DNA of 64,000 nucleotides from Eledone cirrhosa (Eukaryota): NCBI GenBank assembly GCA_964016885.1, contig OZ024740.1, positions 370,822,001 to 370,886,000 of the forward strand, read 5' to 3'. Shown piece by piece: positions 13,157 to 26,171 of this stretch (position 1 is its first letter; each line of letters starts with the position of its first letter). The notes under the pieces were generated by a model. It saw only the letters and a program-made list of their open reading frames with translations, ran no database searches and was not told where the DNA came from. The position numbers and the translations under genes were made by a program.

Positions 13157-13256
13157 TATAGAGATGGCTTCTACGGGACTAGAACTGTTTCATTCGGGCT
13201 TCCTGATGATTTCTCCCGAATGAAACAGTTCTAATCCTGTAAAAGCCATTTCTATA
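13156..13256. mobile_element. Small foldback containing an HHR core, in (TA)n
   Basis: Arms 13156-13198 / 13215-13256. CTGATGA at 13203-13209 and GAAA-cagtTC at 13222-13231. Stems I and II are disrupted by the inversion. Confidence 0.6.
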
Positions 13257-13324
13257 TTATTATACTCTGCTATGTATTGAGTACCTTACTTACTGTGATT
13301 ACCCCCGATTGAACCAGGGATAAA

Positions 13325-13432
<108 letters not shown>

Positions 13433-13434
13433 AT

Positions 13435-13502
13435 CTCTCTCTGACGAACGCTCCAGACCTATATTATCATCGTCTGTGATTCGGAAACTTTTGGTAATAG
13501 AG
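13435..13502 (+). ncRNA. Type-I hammerhead ribozyme-like motif
   Basis: ctctct-CTGACGA-...cagac...gtctg...-GAAAC..GTA-atagag, between (GA)n and (TA)n tracts. Confidence 0.55.
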
Positions 13503-13529
13503 TAGTTATATATTGTGTTGTTCACTTTC

Positions 13530-13640
<111 letters not shown>

Positions 13641-14259
13641 AGAGAGAGAGGGGAGCGGAGAGAGAAAGAAATTGCAGGGGTCACCGAATTGGTTTTAGTA
13701 AACCCCGGTTATAGCTCACACGCTCAATGAAATAACAAGTGTACAGTTGGCTGGCTGTTTGTTGCATTGCAGAGCGAACACAATTAATTAGTGTGTTTTA
13801 TGGCAGTTATCAGGTTGTTTACGGCGTTATATGCAGAGGATTACGTATATATATGCATGTTTGTATGTATGTATGTATAAAATGTGTAAATATGGATATA
13901 CATGTGTGCATGTGTATATATGTGTATATGTATATATGTATATATATATATGTATATATATGGGCGGGGACATAAAAATAATTGGGCTGGATACCCAGTC
14001 GAGCGGTTAAACCACTGGGAGTGAAGAACCACTAGCTTTTGTCAGGGCATTCTTGTAGGAGAAGGCAGCTCAGGAAATGGGATAAACCCGACATAAAACC
14101 TGCGGCTCAGTAGTTACCGATGATGTTGATCTTTTCTTCTTTTCGGGTTATAGCTACTGTCGCTCAGAGAGTGGGATTGGCTCAGTGCACAGGCTTTCCT
14201 CACTTTAAAAATAATCTTCACGCACAGGCATTGCACGATGGCATTGTGGATTGGCAGTA

Positions 14260-14610
14260 TTGGTAGAGGGTCGGACGCCATGCTTTGATGTATAGAGTTA
14301 CGGCACTTGCCTTTCTGAGTTCAAATCCCGCCAAGGTTAACTTTGCCTTTCATCCTTACTGGGTCGATAAAATAAAGTACCAGTAATGCACTGGGTAATT
14401 GCTGGCATTGTGCCTAACGTAGAAACAATTAATTAATAATTATTAACCGGCGGTGGATTGGCAGTATCGTCATAGTTACGTCCCTTTACGGTCTGAGTTC
14501 AAATCCCGCCGAGGTTAACTTTGCCTTTCATCCTTACGAGGTCGATAAAATAAAGTACCAGTAATACACTGGGATAATTGCTGGCCTTGTGCCAAAAGTA
14601 GAAACAATTA
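14260..14610 (+). mobile_element. Two tandem tRNA-derived SINE copies
   Basis: Each has TGGCAGTAT (A-box-like), GAGTTCAAATCCC (B-box), the central domain and an AGAAACAATTAATTAATAATTATTAA tail. Confidence 0.9.
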
Positions 14611-14722
14611 ATTAATAATTATTAATAATCTTATATCATGCAATGGCCATACTCGATAACGAGGGGGCAGCCATCATACATATATATACATATATATATA
14701 TATATAGATAGATATAGATATA

Positions 14723-14797
14723 CAGGGTCGTCAAGTATGAAATTTGTAGCAATTTTTTCTCTACAAATTTCTACAAATCTCATACTTGACGACCCAA
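14723..14797. mobile_element. ~75-bp Tc1/mariner-type MITE
   Basis: TIRs gggtcgtcaagtatgaaatttgtag (14725-14749) / ctacaaatctcatacttgacgaccc (14771-14795); flanked by TA. Confidence 0.65.
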
Positions 14798-14823
14798 TAT
14801 ATAAACCTATTCATGAATGTGTG

Positions 14824-14911
<88 letters not shown>

Positions 14912-15379
14912 GCGTGTTGTGTGTGTGTTGTGTGTGTGTTGTGTGTGTGTGTGTTGTGTGTGTGTGGCAGCCAGCCATATCATAATTATATTCACATAGT
15001 TATTTTTTTAATAGCTGTTGTTATGGTTTGTGTTTTATGTGACGCTTTTCCATAGAAATTTGATAGTTTTTTATAAAGGTGTTTGTGGAATGTTGAATAA
15101 TTCCCCTGCTCTGAGCCAACTGATTTATTCTACATTCCACCAACTCTCTTTAGTTTACATTATATTTTTGTCTATCTAAACCTTTACCAATCTCCTCGGA
15201 TTCTGAATTTAGCAAAGGAATGTTGTTTAAGAAAATGCTATACTTCATTCTGCCTCCCTATCTAGCGGCGCACTGACACAGAAGAATGAATATGTTAGTC
15301 TGTGTGCTCCTGCAGCACATATAAAAACTGTCTATTCTAAACACACTATAAGGATCAAAAGATTACTAAACATAAGGAA

Positions 15380-15700
15380 TTGACTGACTGTTGTCTTCTT
15401 GTGTTAATCGTCATCGAGATTTCCAAAGTCATCGGTCCCCGGACTGTTGTTTCCCCTCAACAAATTATGAGGAAGGTAAGACGGCTGAGGAAGGAGCCCT
15501 TTGAGGTGGAATGGCTGATGCAATGGGTATTTCTGGCTGCGCTACGTGGCATTGTTTTCACCATATTGTTCGCGGAACACCACTGAGATATACCGTTGAG
15601 CCAAGGGTGTATAGTTTGCCCTTTGTCTAATTCTTACCCCATTTTTCTTTCTTTTCCTTTTTGACACTTTTGTAAATTGTATTCTTTGTATAATGTTTAT
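15380..15700 (+). pseudogene. CRE-clade-like RLE non-LTR retrotransposon 3' remnant
   Basis: LIVIEISKVIGPRT...IMRKVRRLRKEPFEVEWLMQWVFLAALRGIVFTIL resembles the CRE C-terminus PIAVET.G..GP...GRR....T.EPRE..FL.QRLS.A.QRGNA..IL. Confidence 0.55.
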
Positions 15701-17689
15701 AAAGCTGAGGTATTAATAGATGTTATTAACATGAATATTCAAGTGTTAACAGGAATATTTAAGTGGCATACAAATCATTACCCCGAACGATTACCAAACC
15801 AATTCACCGCCACCGCCTTGAAGTAATGGTCGTTTTATTTGTTGCTTCAATTATATTGGATACAATAAGGACATTAAAAAAACTGCACCGAAAAGCAGGA
15901 ATAACGCGCAATCAGGTCTACTTACTTATAAATTTATGGCATTGCATCTATGTAAGAAATCGATATTATAATGTTTGTGAGCATCAAATTACTACTGTGT
16001 CTTGGTATTTGTTAAAATGCGATGAAAACGTGGCTATGGTGGAGAGCTTCACTAATTTTTCTGTAATATCTGCGCTTGTCCTGACACATCTTAGAGAGCT
16101 CCACTTAGCCTTTCAACCCTTCAAAATAAATTTTTTTAAATGTAACAAAAATATAATTGGGTCCTCCTAAGCCCTGTGAACGTGTTGATTCCTTGTGAAT
16201 TACATGAGTGGCATTGAACTTCCAGCACCACCTTTCCCTCAAGCTAGTTTCAATTTTCAGTTGACACTCTTATCTCGCTATCCTCTGGGGTAACGCTTTC
16301 TCCATTCTATCTGCTGGGATCACCAGGCGACTTACGCCTGGAGTCTTTGCACGCCGGAGAATGTGCTCCCACGTTGTCCGGTCTTTTATCATTGGGATAA
16401 CGATGAGAATATTAAATTTTTCACTATTAAAATCTTCAATACCAGATTTAAAGCATTATTCAATGGTTGAGCTCTGTAGGTCAGAGTCAATATTATGTAT
16501 GTCGTTTCAATGTGTTGATTTATCAGATTGTTGATTTACATCCATAGAAAGTATATAAACCACACATAGAGTGTACATAGCTAAAAATAAAATAGATATA
16601 AATCAAATGCTTACTAAATAGAGAACAAACGAACACATAATCCAAAATCTCATAAGACAACATAAAATACACCAAATCAAACCATAGACTAACAGCTTTC
16701 AGCTATAAAAAGAAGAAAAAGAACAATGTCGTGATCCTTCGACTAGCTGGAAATGGCAGTCAAATCTCCCTCGAATCATAACTCGCCGTTTTTTAAAGGA
16801 AGGACATATTGAACAATGTCGTTGTAGATACACAAAAAGACAGGATGCCTATGGTTGACACAGAAGATTTAACTCAATTTTTAATTTTTGCGCATGTATA
16901 AATATTCAAATTTAAGCTTCAACTCAACTATGGAACAATACGAATCAAAATTAATAAAATGTAATGCAATTTATGATAAAGGAATTTAAAATATATTAAT
17001 TTTTAGATACGAACAAAAATTAATGACAATTTGATATAAATTTTGGATAATTAAGAAAATATTCCAATTAATTATTGAATTTTAATTGAATAACAAACAT
17101 TTACGTTCTTCTGCATAATGCCAGAAAATAATTTATTGTAATTCTTGATTATCCTAAATAGCATTATCATAAATTGCATTAAACTGTATTAATTTGCATA
17201 CGTATTAAATTATATTACCATAAATTGTATTAATTTTTTTTTTTTTTCGTATTTTTCTCTATTTGAATTGAAATTTTTCTTGAAACAGACCGTCAAGTAA
17301 GATTAAAACGCAAGACAATTTTAAGAAGTAACATGTTCTTGTTGCTGCGTAAATACACAAACTATGTATACACAGACTATGTAGGTAGAAACATGAAACA
17401 TGACCTACAGTTCACCGGTTCTTTCGACGTATTAGTAAAATTACAAATAACCGGATGATAAAGGCTAAGATAAATTTCATCTTTACAAAAATGAAGGGAT
17501 TGTCATAGTTGGGGCGCTTTTAGTAATACATTTTGTCTATAAAGGTTGACCTGAGACAAAACATATTACCTCTATGCTGAAAAATGAATTGCGCATGCGC
17601 AAAATTAAAAGAATCAGACGGTCAAGAAATATATTTTAATAATGTCTGATTTGGACCATTCTTTCCAGGATCCCACACCTTTGTATTAT

Positions 17690-20010
17690 TTTGTTATGAG
17701 CCTTTACAATCTGAGTTCACATCCCTCTCAGCTCAACTTTGTCGTTCTACCTTCCGAGATTCAATAAAATAAGTACCAGTAAAAAAACTGAGTCGACTTT
17801 GCTAACTATACCCCACTCCACGAATTGAAGAGTTTGCGTCTTTTCTCCAAGAAAATTATAAAATCTTAACCACATCGCAATGGAATATATTCGTTATTAT
17901 ATGTTTAAATAATTGTTTTTACTTTTGGCACAAGGCCAGCAATTTGAAGGAGAGGGGAAATTTGATTAAATGGACACCAATGTGTTTGTTTTTTTTTTGT
18001 TTTTTTATCCCCGTAATGATGAAAGGCAGGATTTTAAGGCAGGATTTTAACGTTTATTTCTCGCAAAGCATACTGTCCGATGCTCTACCGATACTGCCAA
18101 TTAATTGCCGAAATAGAGATTTTAACTAAAAACGTATTTATTTAGTTAATAAATTTAAACGACTATATATAGCTAGTAAGGCATGACAGACTAGGAGATA
18201 GATAGACAGACAGACAGATAGATAGATAGATCCGTAATTCTTGGTGTAAAGGACGCCGTAGTGAAGTACAACGTGTCTTGGGCATGCTAAACTAATGGAA
18301 CCCACTCCCTCTCCGGATCTGAACACAGACAATTTCTTCCAGTGAAGGAGAGTGTATGATGAAGAAGTGAGAAAGAGATATAGAGGAAGAATCAACTCTA
18401 AATACTGGACTGGTACTTTTTTATCGACTTCGAATTGACGAAAGGCAAAGTTGACCTCGGCAGGATTTGAACGTAAAGTATAGAGAAACCGGAATGAATA
18501 CTGCAAAGCATTCTATCCGACGTTCTAACGACTTTTCCAATTTACCGCCTTATATGTATAATAAACTTTACAATTAAGAAACAAGCAAAAGAGAGAAAGA
18601 GAGAGAAAAGGAAAATACAGAATGAAAATAGGAAGCAAAGGAAACAGAAATTAGAAAAAAGGTGAAAGCAAGGAAAATTGCAAAACAGCTAAAAGTATTT
18701 TACGTTAATACCACGTAAAATTCTGATTGGCGGTCTACCAATTCTCTCAATCCACCTACCAATTCACTCAATGTTGGTTTCTAATACTGGCATTCGGGCT
18801 CAAATGTTGCAGTATTGAACATACTTGATTATATTGGCTTCAGTACTTGAATGATATTTTATTTCATCGATCTCGGAAGGATGAAAGTCAAAGATAATTT
18901 AGGTGGGATTTGGACAATGACATTTATCCGACTGTTCTAACGATTATACCAAGCTGCTGACACAGCTTTTGTTAATATTGATTTTTAACATAGACACAAA
19001 GCCTCAAATTTGAGGAGAGGTATCGTCGATTATATCGACCTCAAGAATTTGACTAGTACTTATTTTGTCAATATTCGGAAAGATGAAAGGCAAAGTCGAC
19101 TCAGAACGTAAACGGTCATAACTAAATACTATAATGCATTTTGGCTGATTTTCTAATGATTTGGCTAATTCACTGCCATAGCTTCCGTTAATATCCATTT
19201 TTAATTTAGGCACAAGGCCAGCAAATTTGGGGTAGGGCAAAGTTGATTAAACAAATCCCAGTACTTGATTGGTACTTCGTGTTAGTGATCACGTTGTTTT
19301 TTCAAAATATATTGTAACCAGTATTACGTAATATAATACGTCGGTCAAATTTCTATGATAATGCAATGTGATTTGAAGCTACAGTTTTTAGCAGGTTGAG
19401 CAACTACGTAGAAGCCTCATCTTTAAATTTTGTTCTGGCTATGTGTATTATAAAGATGCAGCGAACTGGCAGAATCGTTGAAACGTCGGATAGAATGCTT
19501 TACAGTATTCCTTCCAGGTCCCTGTAGTCTGAGTTCAAATCCTATCGAGATGAACTTTGCCTTTCATAATTTCGTGGTTGATAAAAAAAGTGCCAGCCCG
19601 ATACTGGTGTAGATTCTTCCTCTATATCTATTTCTCATTTTGTCTTTATCACTCACTCCTCCTCTGGAAGAAATTGGCCGTGTTCAGAGCTGGTTTAAAA
19701 TGCCCAAAACGGCACCTTTACGACCCATCAAGTCCACACATACGTACAGGTGTATTATTGCTGCTGCTTTGTGACTGGTGCTATTATTATTATTGTGTGT
19801 GCGATAGATATGGAAGGGAGGAAATGTGTCGTGATGATGTGGTGGTAGGGTTGGCAATGTTGACGAAGGTAGGATTGTTTATATTAATAATTTCTAATCT
19901 AGGCACAAGACCTGTAATTCGTAGGGATAGGAAAGTCGATTATATCGAGCCCGGTATTTGACTAATACTTTATTTTATCAACCCCAGAACAATGAATAAC
20001 AAATCTAACC
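17690..20010. mobile_element. Cluster of ~8 diverged SINE copies in both orientations
   Basis: Repeated ATGAAAGGCAAAG / GGCACAAGGCC / AAGTACCAGT motifs. Confidence 0.85.
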
Positions 20011-20039
20011 TTCTTTTTCGCCTACTTATTCCTGGGAGG

Positions 20040-20250
20040 TTTGTAGGGGTAGAGTCCTTAACCACGCCTTGCAGCGGGTCCTACCAGAATCAACCGCCTC
20101 CAATTGATCCGGTTGGATCCCAAAGCGAGACCAGCTGAGCTCAGAGATGTTATCCAACTATCTTGCTCAGGGTCTACTCCTGAGTCGCCTGCCCGTTGGT
20201 TTTGCCCGTAAAATATCTCCAGCGAATCTTTGCTGTCGGGTCTCACTTTT
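20040..20250 (-). mobile_element. RTE-clade LINE 3' end remnant
   Basis: ILRAKPTGRRLRSRP...NRINWRRLI motif. Confidence 0.6.
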
Positions 20251-20251
20251 T

Positions 20252-20332
<81 letters not shown>

Positions 20333-20475
20333 ATTAGAATACTGGAGCGTGTTTGAGTCAAACACCCTCTTCGTATTATAGAAATGACAGTAAAAGGTAT
20401 AGCTCAATGCAGTTAAACAGAGCCGAAAAATTAAGAGAGTAAAACAAAGAATCCTTTAATACATCAAAAGTTTTT

Positions 20476-20520
20476 ATTAGCCGACAATGTTTCGTCCTAT
20501 TAAGGACTCATCAGGGCAAT
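20476..20520 (-). ncRNA. Canonical type-I hammerhead ribozyme (inverted identical copy)
   Basis: Exact reverse complement of 21743-21787. Confidence 0.92.
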
Positions 20521-20847
20521 CAAAACAACAAGAGGTAATTTCGGCAGATACAAGCCAGAAACTCTGAAGAATATGGAGTTTACATACACTAATGTCTTAC
20601 AAGGATATACGATAATAAAAATGAAGATAAAACTAATAAAATTATAATAACTAAGGATGTAGATAACATTAAGAACCATATTACAAATATAGTCCAAAGT
20701 CACCAACTTAAATCTAAACAAATTTGGTTATATAGAGCAGGAATTATATATAACACAGTATAATACATTATAATAATAATATATCTATACCAACACTGAA
20801 ATTCCAAATCAAAAATCAAAAGGTACAATATATACATGTATATATGT

Positions 20848-20889
<42 letters not shown>

Positions 20890-21742
20890 TACAATACACA
20901 TATCTATTTTCTATTACACAGAAATTAAGCCCTATTGGAAGTTTGAACATCAAAAATATTAAAAATAAGCATGGTAATAGTGAAAATAATGCTAATACAT
21001 CTACCCAATATACATGGGGCAATAATTACAAGAAACACTTATAATAAATAATAAACAACAAAATTATATAATATAATACAATATATAAAGTAGAATATAT
21101 ATAATAAGAATATATATAATCTCCGGTTAATTTACAGAAACAATATAGATGTTTATATATATATATTTATTATATATATTCTACTTTATTATATTGTATT
21201 ATATTATATAATTTTGTTGTTTATTATTTATTATAAGTGTTTCTTGTAATTATTGCCCCATGTATATTGGGTAGATGTATTAGCATTATCTTCACTATTA
21301 CCATGCTTATTTTTAATATTTTTGATGTTCAAACTTCCAATAGGGCTTAATTTCTGTGTAATAGAAAATAGATATGTGTATTGTAATATGTGTGTGTGTG
21401 TGTGTGCGTGCGAGCACATATATACATGTATATATTGTACCTTTTGATTTTTAATTTGGAATTTCAGTGTTGGTATAGATATATTATTATTATAATGTAT
21501 TATACTGTGTTATATATAATTCCTGCTCTATATAACCACATTTGTTTAGATTTAAGTTGGTAACTTTGGACTATATTTGTAATATGGTTCTTAATGTTAT
21601 CTACATCCTTAGTTATTATAATTTTATTAGTTTTATCTTCATTTTTATTATCGTATATCCTTGTAAGACATTAGTGTATGTAAACTCCATATTCTTCAGA
21701 GTTTCTGGCTTGTATCTGCCGAAATTACCTCTTGTTGTTTTG

Positions 21743-21787
21743 ATTGCCCTGATGAGTCCTTAATAGGACGAAACATTGTCGGCTAAT
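21743..21787 (+). ncRNA. Canonical type-I hammerhead ribozyme
   Basis: attgcc-CTGATGA-gtcct taat aggac-GAAAC att GTC-ggctaat. Predicted cleavage after 21780; AATAAA at 21785-21790. Confidence 0.92.
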
Positions 21788-21849
21788 AAAAACTTTTGAT
21801 GTATTAAAGGATTCTTTGTTTCACTCTCTTAATATATATATATATACTT

Positions 21850-22468
21850 ATTATCTCCTGTGATTATTCATGTTTATTTATATGTTAATCAATCTCTAGT
21901 TATTATAAAATGCTCGGACCTACTCGCTAGAATCTTAGAGCTTATTTTGCGGGTGATATGGCGCATGTCTTTCTGGCATGACACCCATAATTTTGATTTA
22001 GATTAAATTCGTTTGATTTATCTTAATTTTGGATATAGATATATAAATACGGCTCCTTAATTGTAGAGCTAACTCTGTTGAAAGGACTCGACTGCTGTTT
22101 CTAGTTGTCGATAACCCTATTCACGCCACTGGGACGAAGCTAGTATCATGAGTGTATTTCTAGTAAATACTACACGTGGTGCTGGCCAGTCGCTGATTTG
22201 AACTTGAAGTGTAAACACGGATTGCTGGAACTTCTTCCTTGTTGAAAATCCAAGTCTCCACTTCTGTGGTTTACCATCTGATTAATTGGTGAAATATATT
22301 TCTTTAATGGAATATATACAGGGAAGATTAATCATATTATAAAGTATCTATTTTTGAAGTTCTGGTCAACTTTATTTAGTTACCTACCTAGCTATGTGTG
22401 GTTACACACTTGTAAAAATTATCTCCTGTGATTATTCATGTTTATTTATATGTTAATCAATCTCTAGT

Positions 22469-22475
<7 letters not shown>
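21850..22475. repeat. ~625-bp insert with 58-bp terminal direct repeats, in (TA)n
   Basis: attatctcctgtgattattcatgtttatttatatgttaatcaatctctagttattata at ~21850-21907 and ~22418-22475. Confidence 0.7.
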
Positions 22476-22533
<58 letters not shown>

Positions 22534-22744
22534 TATGTGTGTGTGTGTGTGTGTGTAGATATATGTTACATACATATGAAGTCTCAGCTTTTTATATTGA
22601 GTAAGTTTTTAGTTTAGTTTTGAAATTTAAATGTTATAGATAGATAAACAAATACAGAGAGAGAGAGATAAAAAGAAAGAGAGAGAGTGGGAGAGAGAGA
22701 ACGACGGGAAACAAAATAATTCACTTTGAACAGTAAATATAATT

Positions 22745-22930
22745 TGGCATTATTTTATTTCGCATTAAATAATATCTTTTTTAATTTTGTATTTTTTATA
22801 TGTTTCTTGGTTTTTTCTTTCTTTCTTTCGGTTTGTTGTTTTTGTTATTGTTTTCATTAAATAAATATTTTAAACACATCTTTTTGTGCAAATTGGAATG
22901 ATAAAATATACAACAAGATTTTTTATTATT
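22745..22930 (-). terminator. Candidate polyadenylation signals for the peptide gene
   Basis: Minus-strand AATAAA at ~22922-22927 and ~22754-22759 in an AU-rich 3' UTR-like region. Confidence 0.4.
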
Positions 22931-23185
22931 AATATCATTAGCCCTGATTTTAATATCAATAATAATTGCAAAATCGGGGCTACAGTAAGTTTTGTATGGG
23001 ATAGTTACAATGGATTGATTTGACCCCTGTAAGACTCCGGCATTGTTTGTGGGGTGAAAGGCAACGTTGCGCCCAAGGTGAGATTTTAACTCGGAACGTA
23101 GCGGGATGTAAATGACTACGACAGGTCATTTTCCGACGCGCTAACGATTCTGCAATTCACCAGTTAAAATAATCGTTCAGAAATG

Positions 23186-23458
23186 TTAGTGTGGGTTAAG
23201 ATTGGTGTCTTTGTTTTTATCGATACCGGTTGCGATGAGACATTTGTCGTAATATACTTGATCACAAAAGCAACAAAATTCTATTGCTTCTTTGTCATAC
23301 AAGGAACCACATTCACCACATACCCAGGCTTTTCTCAGTATGAGTGTATCGTCCATTTTACACGGTGTACATGGAACATTTGCTGCAGAACACAGTTTGG
23401 TCGGATGAATTATAACTAGCAGTGCTAGTGCTAGTGTAATAGTTGTGGTAATTCCCAT
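23186..23458 (-). CDS. Secreted cysteine-rich peptide precursor (90 aa), candidate CHH/ITP-fold neurohormone or toxin-like peptide
   Basis: ATG in strong context (CATAAAATGG). Hydrophobic signal peptide with likely cleavage at CSA|AN. Mature part has 8 Cys: C-x2-C-x13-C-x2-C-x11-CC-x-C-x7-C. Non-repetitive sequence with an upstream splice acceptor and downstream AATAAA. Confidence 0.8.
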   Translation of the reverse strand: MGITTTITLALALLVIIHPTKLCSAANVPCTPCKMDDTLILRKAWVCGECGSLYDKEAIEFCCFCDQVYYDKCLIATGIDKNKDTNLNPH

Positions 23459-23607
23459 TTTATGTATATAGCACAGAGATAAATAAGCAAATACACAGTA
23501 AATCCGTTTATAATAGTTTCGTTATTGAAATATGTTTCGCTATTGGTGTGTCGCTGTGTGGTGTTGTTCGGAATTAATTTGTTCTTTTTCGTTTTTCTAA
23601 ATATCCG

Positions 23608-23640
23608 CTGAAACCTTTAAAAGACAATAAAAAAGCAAAA
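23608..23640 (-). promoter_or_regulatory. 3' splice site upstream of the peptide coding exon
   Basis: Minus strand TTTTGCTTTTTTATTGTCTTTTAAAG|GTTTCAG| : pyrimidine tract with two candidate AGs (exon start 23614 or 23607). Confidence 0.6.
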
Positions 23641-23780
23641 CCATCAGTGTCTTCGTCATCATCAACATTAAAATCATCGTTCACATCATCATTCTCTACA
23701 TTATTATTCTCTGCATTATTATCGTTCATACCATTTTCTACATAATTATTATCGTCCATACCATATAAGAAACCATTATT

Positions 23781-23964
23781 GGCAGTATCGGTAGAGAGTC
23801 GGATGCTATGCTTTGAAGCATAGAGTTACGTCCCTTTATGATCTGAGTTCAAATCCCGCCGAGGTTAACTTTGCATTTCATCCTTGCGAGGTCGATAAAA
23901 TAAAGTACCAGTAATAGACTGGGTAATTGCTGGCCTTGTGCCAAAAATAGAAACAATTATTTTG
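23781..23964 (+). mobile_element. Young full-length SINE with 18-bp target-site duplication
   Basis: atataagaaaccattatt at 23763-23780 and 23965-23982 flanks an intact SINE. Confidence 0.9.
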
Positions 23965-24260
23965 ATATAAGAAACCATTATTATCGTCCATACCATTATT
24001 CTCATTCATATCATTATCGTCATCATGAACAACTATATATAAAACGTCGATATAGATCCATACTTTCAAGATAATCAGAACATAATATTGTGGCGTTTAC
24101 GCGTTTCACAATGCAATTAGCAAAAGCGGGAAAAGTAAAGTTCTTTCTTGTAAAAACATATTAATATACAATACAGGTTGTTATAAAAGACATAAACATA
24201 TAACATGATACATAGGGCGATCTATGTTGTCGATATTGTATGTGCATGTTTGTATGTATG

Positions 24261-24313
<53 letters not shown>

Positions 24314-24829
24314 ATATATGTATATACATATATATATGTAAAGAAATATATGTATGTATATACACATACATATACATATATACATATACATATATATATA
24401 TATATATAAGAACAAAAGATGGTTAAAAGAGTTCCATGTATTTTATTATGCGCATTTCAAAAACAAATATCATCATGCAATAATATTTGTGTTTTCATCA
24501 GATAAAACAGGAAGACATGATATGAAGGTTAAAAAACACTTGTGGATAGTGCAGTTTTAAATCAACATATGAAAAGTAGTTTTAGAGGGGGGGGTGTAAA
24601 GGATGAAAAAGAGGAGGAGATGAGAGTAAAAAGTGGAGACAGAGGAGTATAATGAGGAAGGATGAGATAGGAGGAGAGATGGGTGATAGAGAGAGAGAGA
24701 TAGCTTTTATAACTGAGAAAGATATATTGTTTTACATAGAGAGGTTGAAAACCGTTGGAAGATAATGTATAAATTAAAAGAATTTGAAAATTAACGAAGA
24801 GAAAAATAATGTAAAGTTAAGGTTTGTAT

Positions 24830-24992
24830 ATTGAGGGGTTTAATAATATGTGCGATGAAAAGAAAATGTTAATATGTATTAAGAATAATATTTAAGGGTT
24901 TAATAACATGTGCGATGGAAAAGAAAAAGTTAATATGTATTAAGAATGATATTTAAGGGTTTAATAATATGTGCGATGGAAAGAAAATGTTG

Positions 24993-24998
<6 letters not shown>
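24830..24998. repeat. ~60-bp tandem repeat, about 3 units
   Basis: Repeated gggtttaataatatgtgcgatggaaagaaaatgttaatatgtattaagaat. Confidence 0.85.
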
Positions 24999-25054
<56 letters not shown>

Positions 25055-25404
25055 GCGGCTCTGTGTCATTCACAAATTTGGTACAGAGCAAAATACCTGT
25101 TGATAACGTGATATTCCTTGTTCGATCATTATACCTAAAGCTTATAATTTTAAGCAGACAGTATTTTGATTTAGGTCTCATAGAAACCCTGCATTTGGAT
25201 TTTAACATCAATTCCAATGGGTCCAGGTCTGTGTTTTTTATCATTTATTTTACCTGTTTACCTTGATTTGCTTTTTGGCTTAGGTGGTTGATGCTTTCTT
25301 GACCACTTTTTCAGTTTTGTATGGCGTTTTAATATATTGTTTAGCATTTTTTTAACTATGGAGCGCTTTCGAGCATTATTTCTGATTTTTGCGTTTCTCA
25401 CTGA

Positions 25405-25462
<58 letters not shown>

Positions 25463-25463
<1 letters not shown>

Positions 25464-25840
25464 AGTATGTGAATTTTGTATATTTAATGATATAGGGTAT
25501 TTTAATGAATAAATATTTGGAAAACCTTTTAGCTATGAATATTGAAAAGTTGACAGTTAGCGCCGTCTAGCAGATTCTAATAGAAGCAGCAGGGGACAAC
25601 TGCTAAATGGTATCTGGCTTAGGCCGTCATCAGGACAGTGCTTCCCCCGCCATGCTGTCTGCTGGAATTTGAAATAGGCGAAAATATGTAGTTTTTCGCC
25701 TATGAGCATGAGCTGACTAGCCTCATTTGCATAGGGAGCTGTCAAACCGACTCAGCCTGAAAGTAGAATTAAAGTTTTCGCTCCAAATAGCTATATAAAT
25801 ATAAGTATATGAATTTTGTATATCTAGTGATATACAGTAT
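25463..25840 (-). mobile_element. PLE-type fragment with ~38-bp terminal direct repeats and a degenerate HHR
   Basis: aagtatrtgaattttgtatat... at 25463 and 25803. Minus strand CTGATGA-cggc ctaa gcca-GATA at ~25611-25633 (GAAA mutated). Confidence 0.5.
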
Positions 25841-26129
25841 ATAGATATATACAATAAACTATATACAAGACATCAAACAACAAACTTTTAAGATTGTTTT
25901 TACTTTTTTTACTTTGACTGCATGCCCATATATGATAAGTTCAGCTAGATTCCGCTGTTCTAATACTGGTGGCTTAGTTCGGATGTAGCTGTCGAAACGG
26001 CTGGAGCTCAGCCGTCGGGGTCCTGCATCTTATATATATATTAATTAAAAACATTTAGAATACCATACGCTATCAGTTTTAAAGTAGTGAGTATGTCACT
26101 TACTTCTTTTCGGTGAGAGAAGGAAGAGA

Positions 26130-26171
26130 AGCTGACAGTCTGTTTCACGCTGGTTGGCGTTCATCAGAGCC
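26130..26171 (-). ncRNA. Canonical type-I hammerhead ribozyme
   Basis: ggct-CTGATGA-acgc caacca gcgt-GAAA-cagactGTC-agct. Confidence 0.88.

Larger units (their letters stand above)
20330..21833. mobile_element. Large PLE-type foldback element (~680-bp arms) in (TA)n
   Basis: 20430-21107 is the reverse complement of 21167-21833, hence the identical ORF-track peptides on opposite strands. The left arm extends a further ~100 bp. Confidence 0.9.

Noticed and set aside
16880-17610. Possible old MITE or inverted repeat in AT-rich DNA
   Set aside because: Arms too degenerate and low-complexity to define termini or a TSD by eye.
20500-21763. Identical 73-aa hydrophobic ORFs on opposite strands
   Set aside because: By-product of the AT-rich foldback arms; TTG start and no protein motif.
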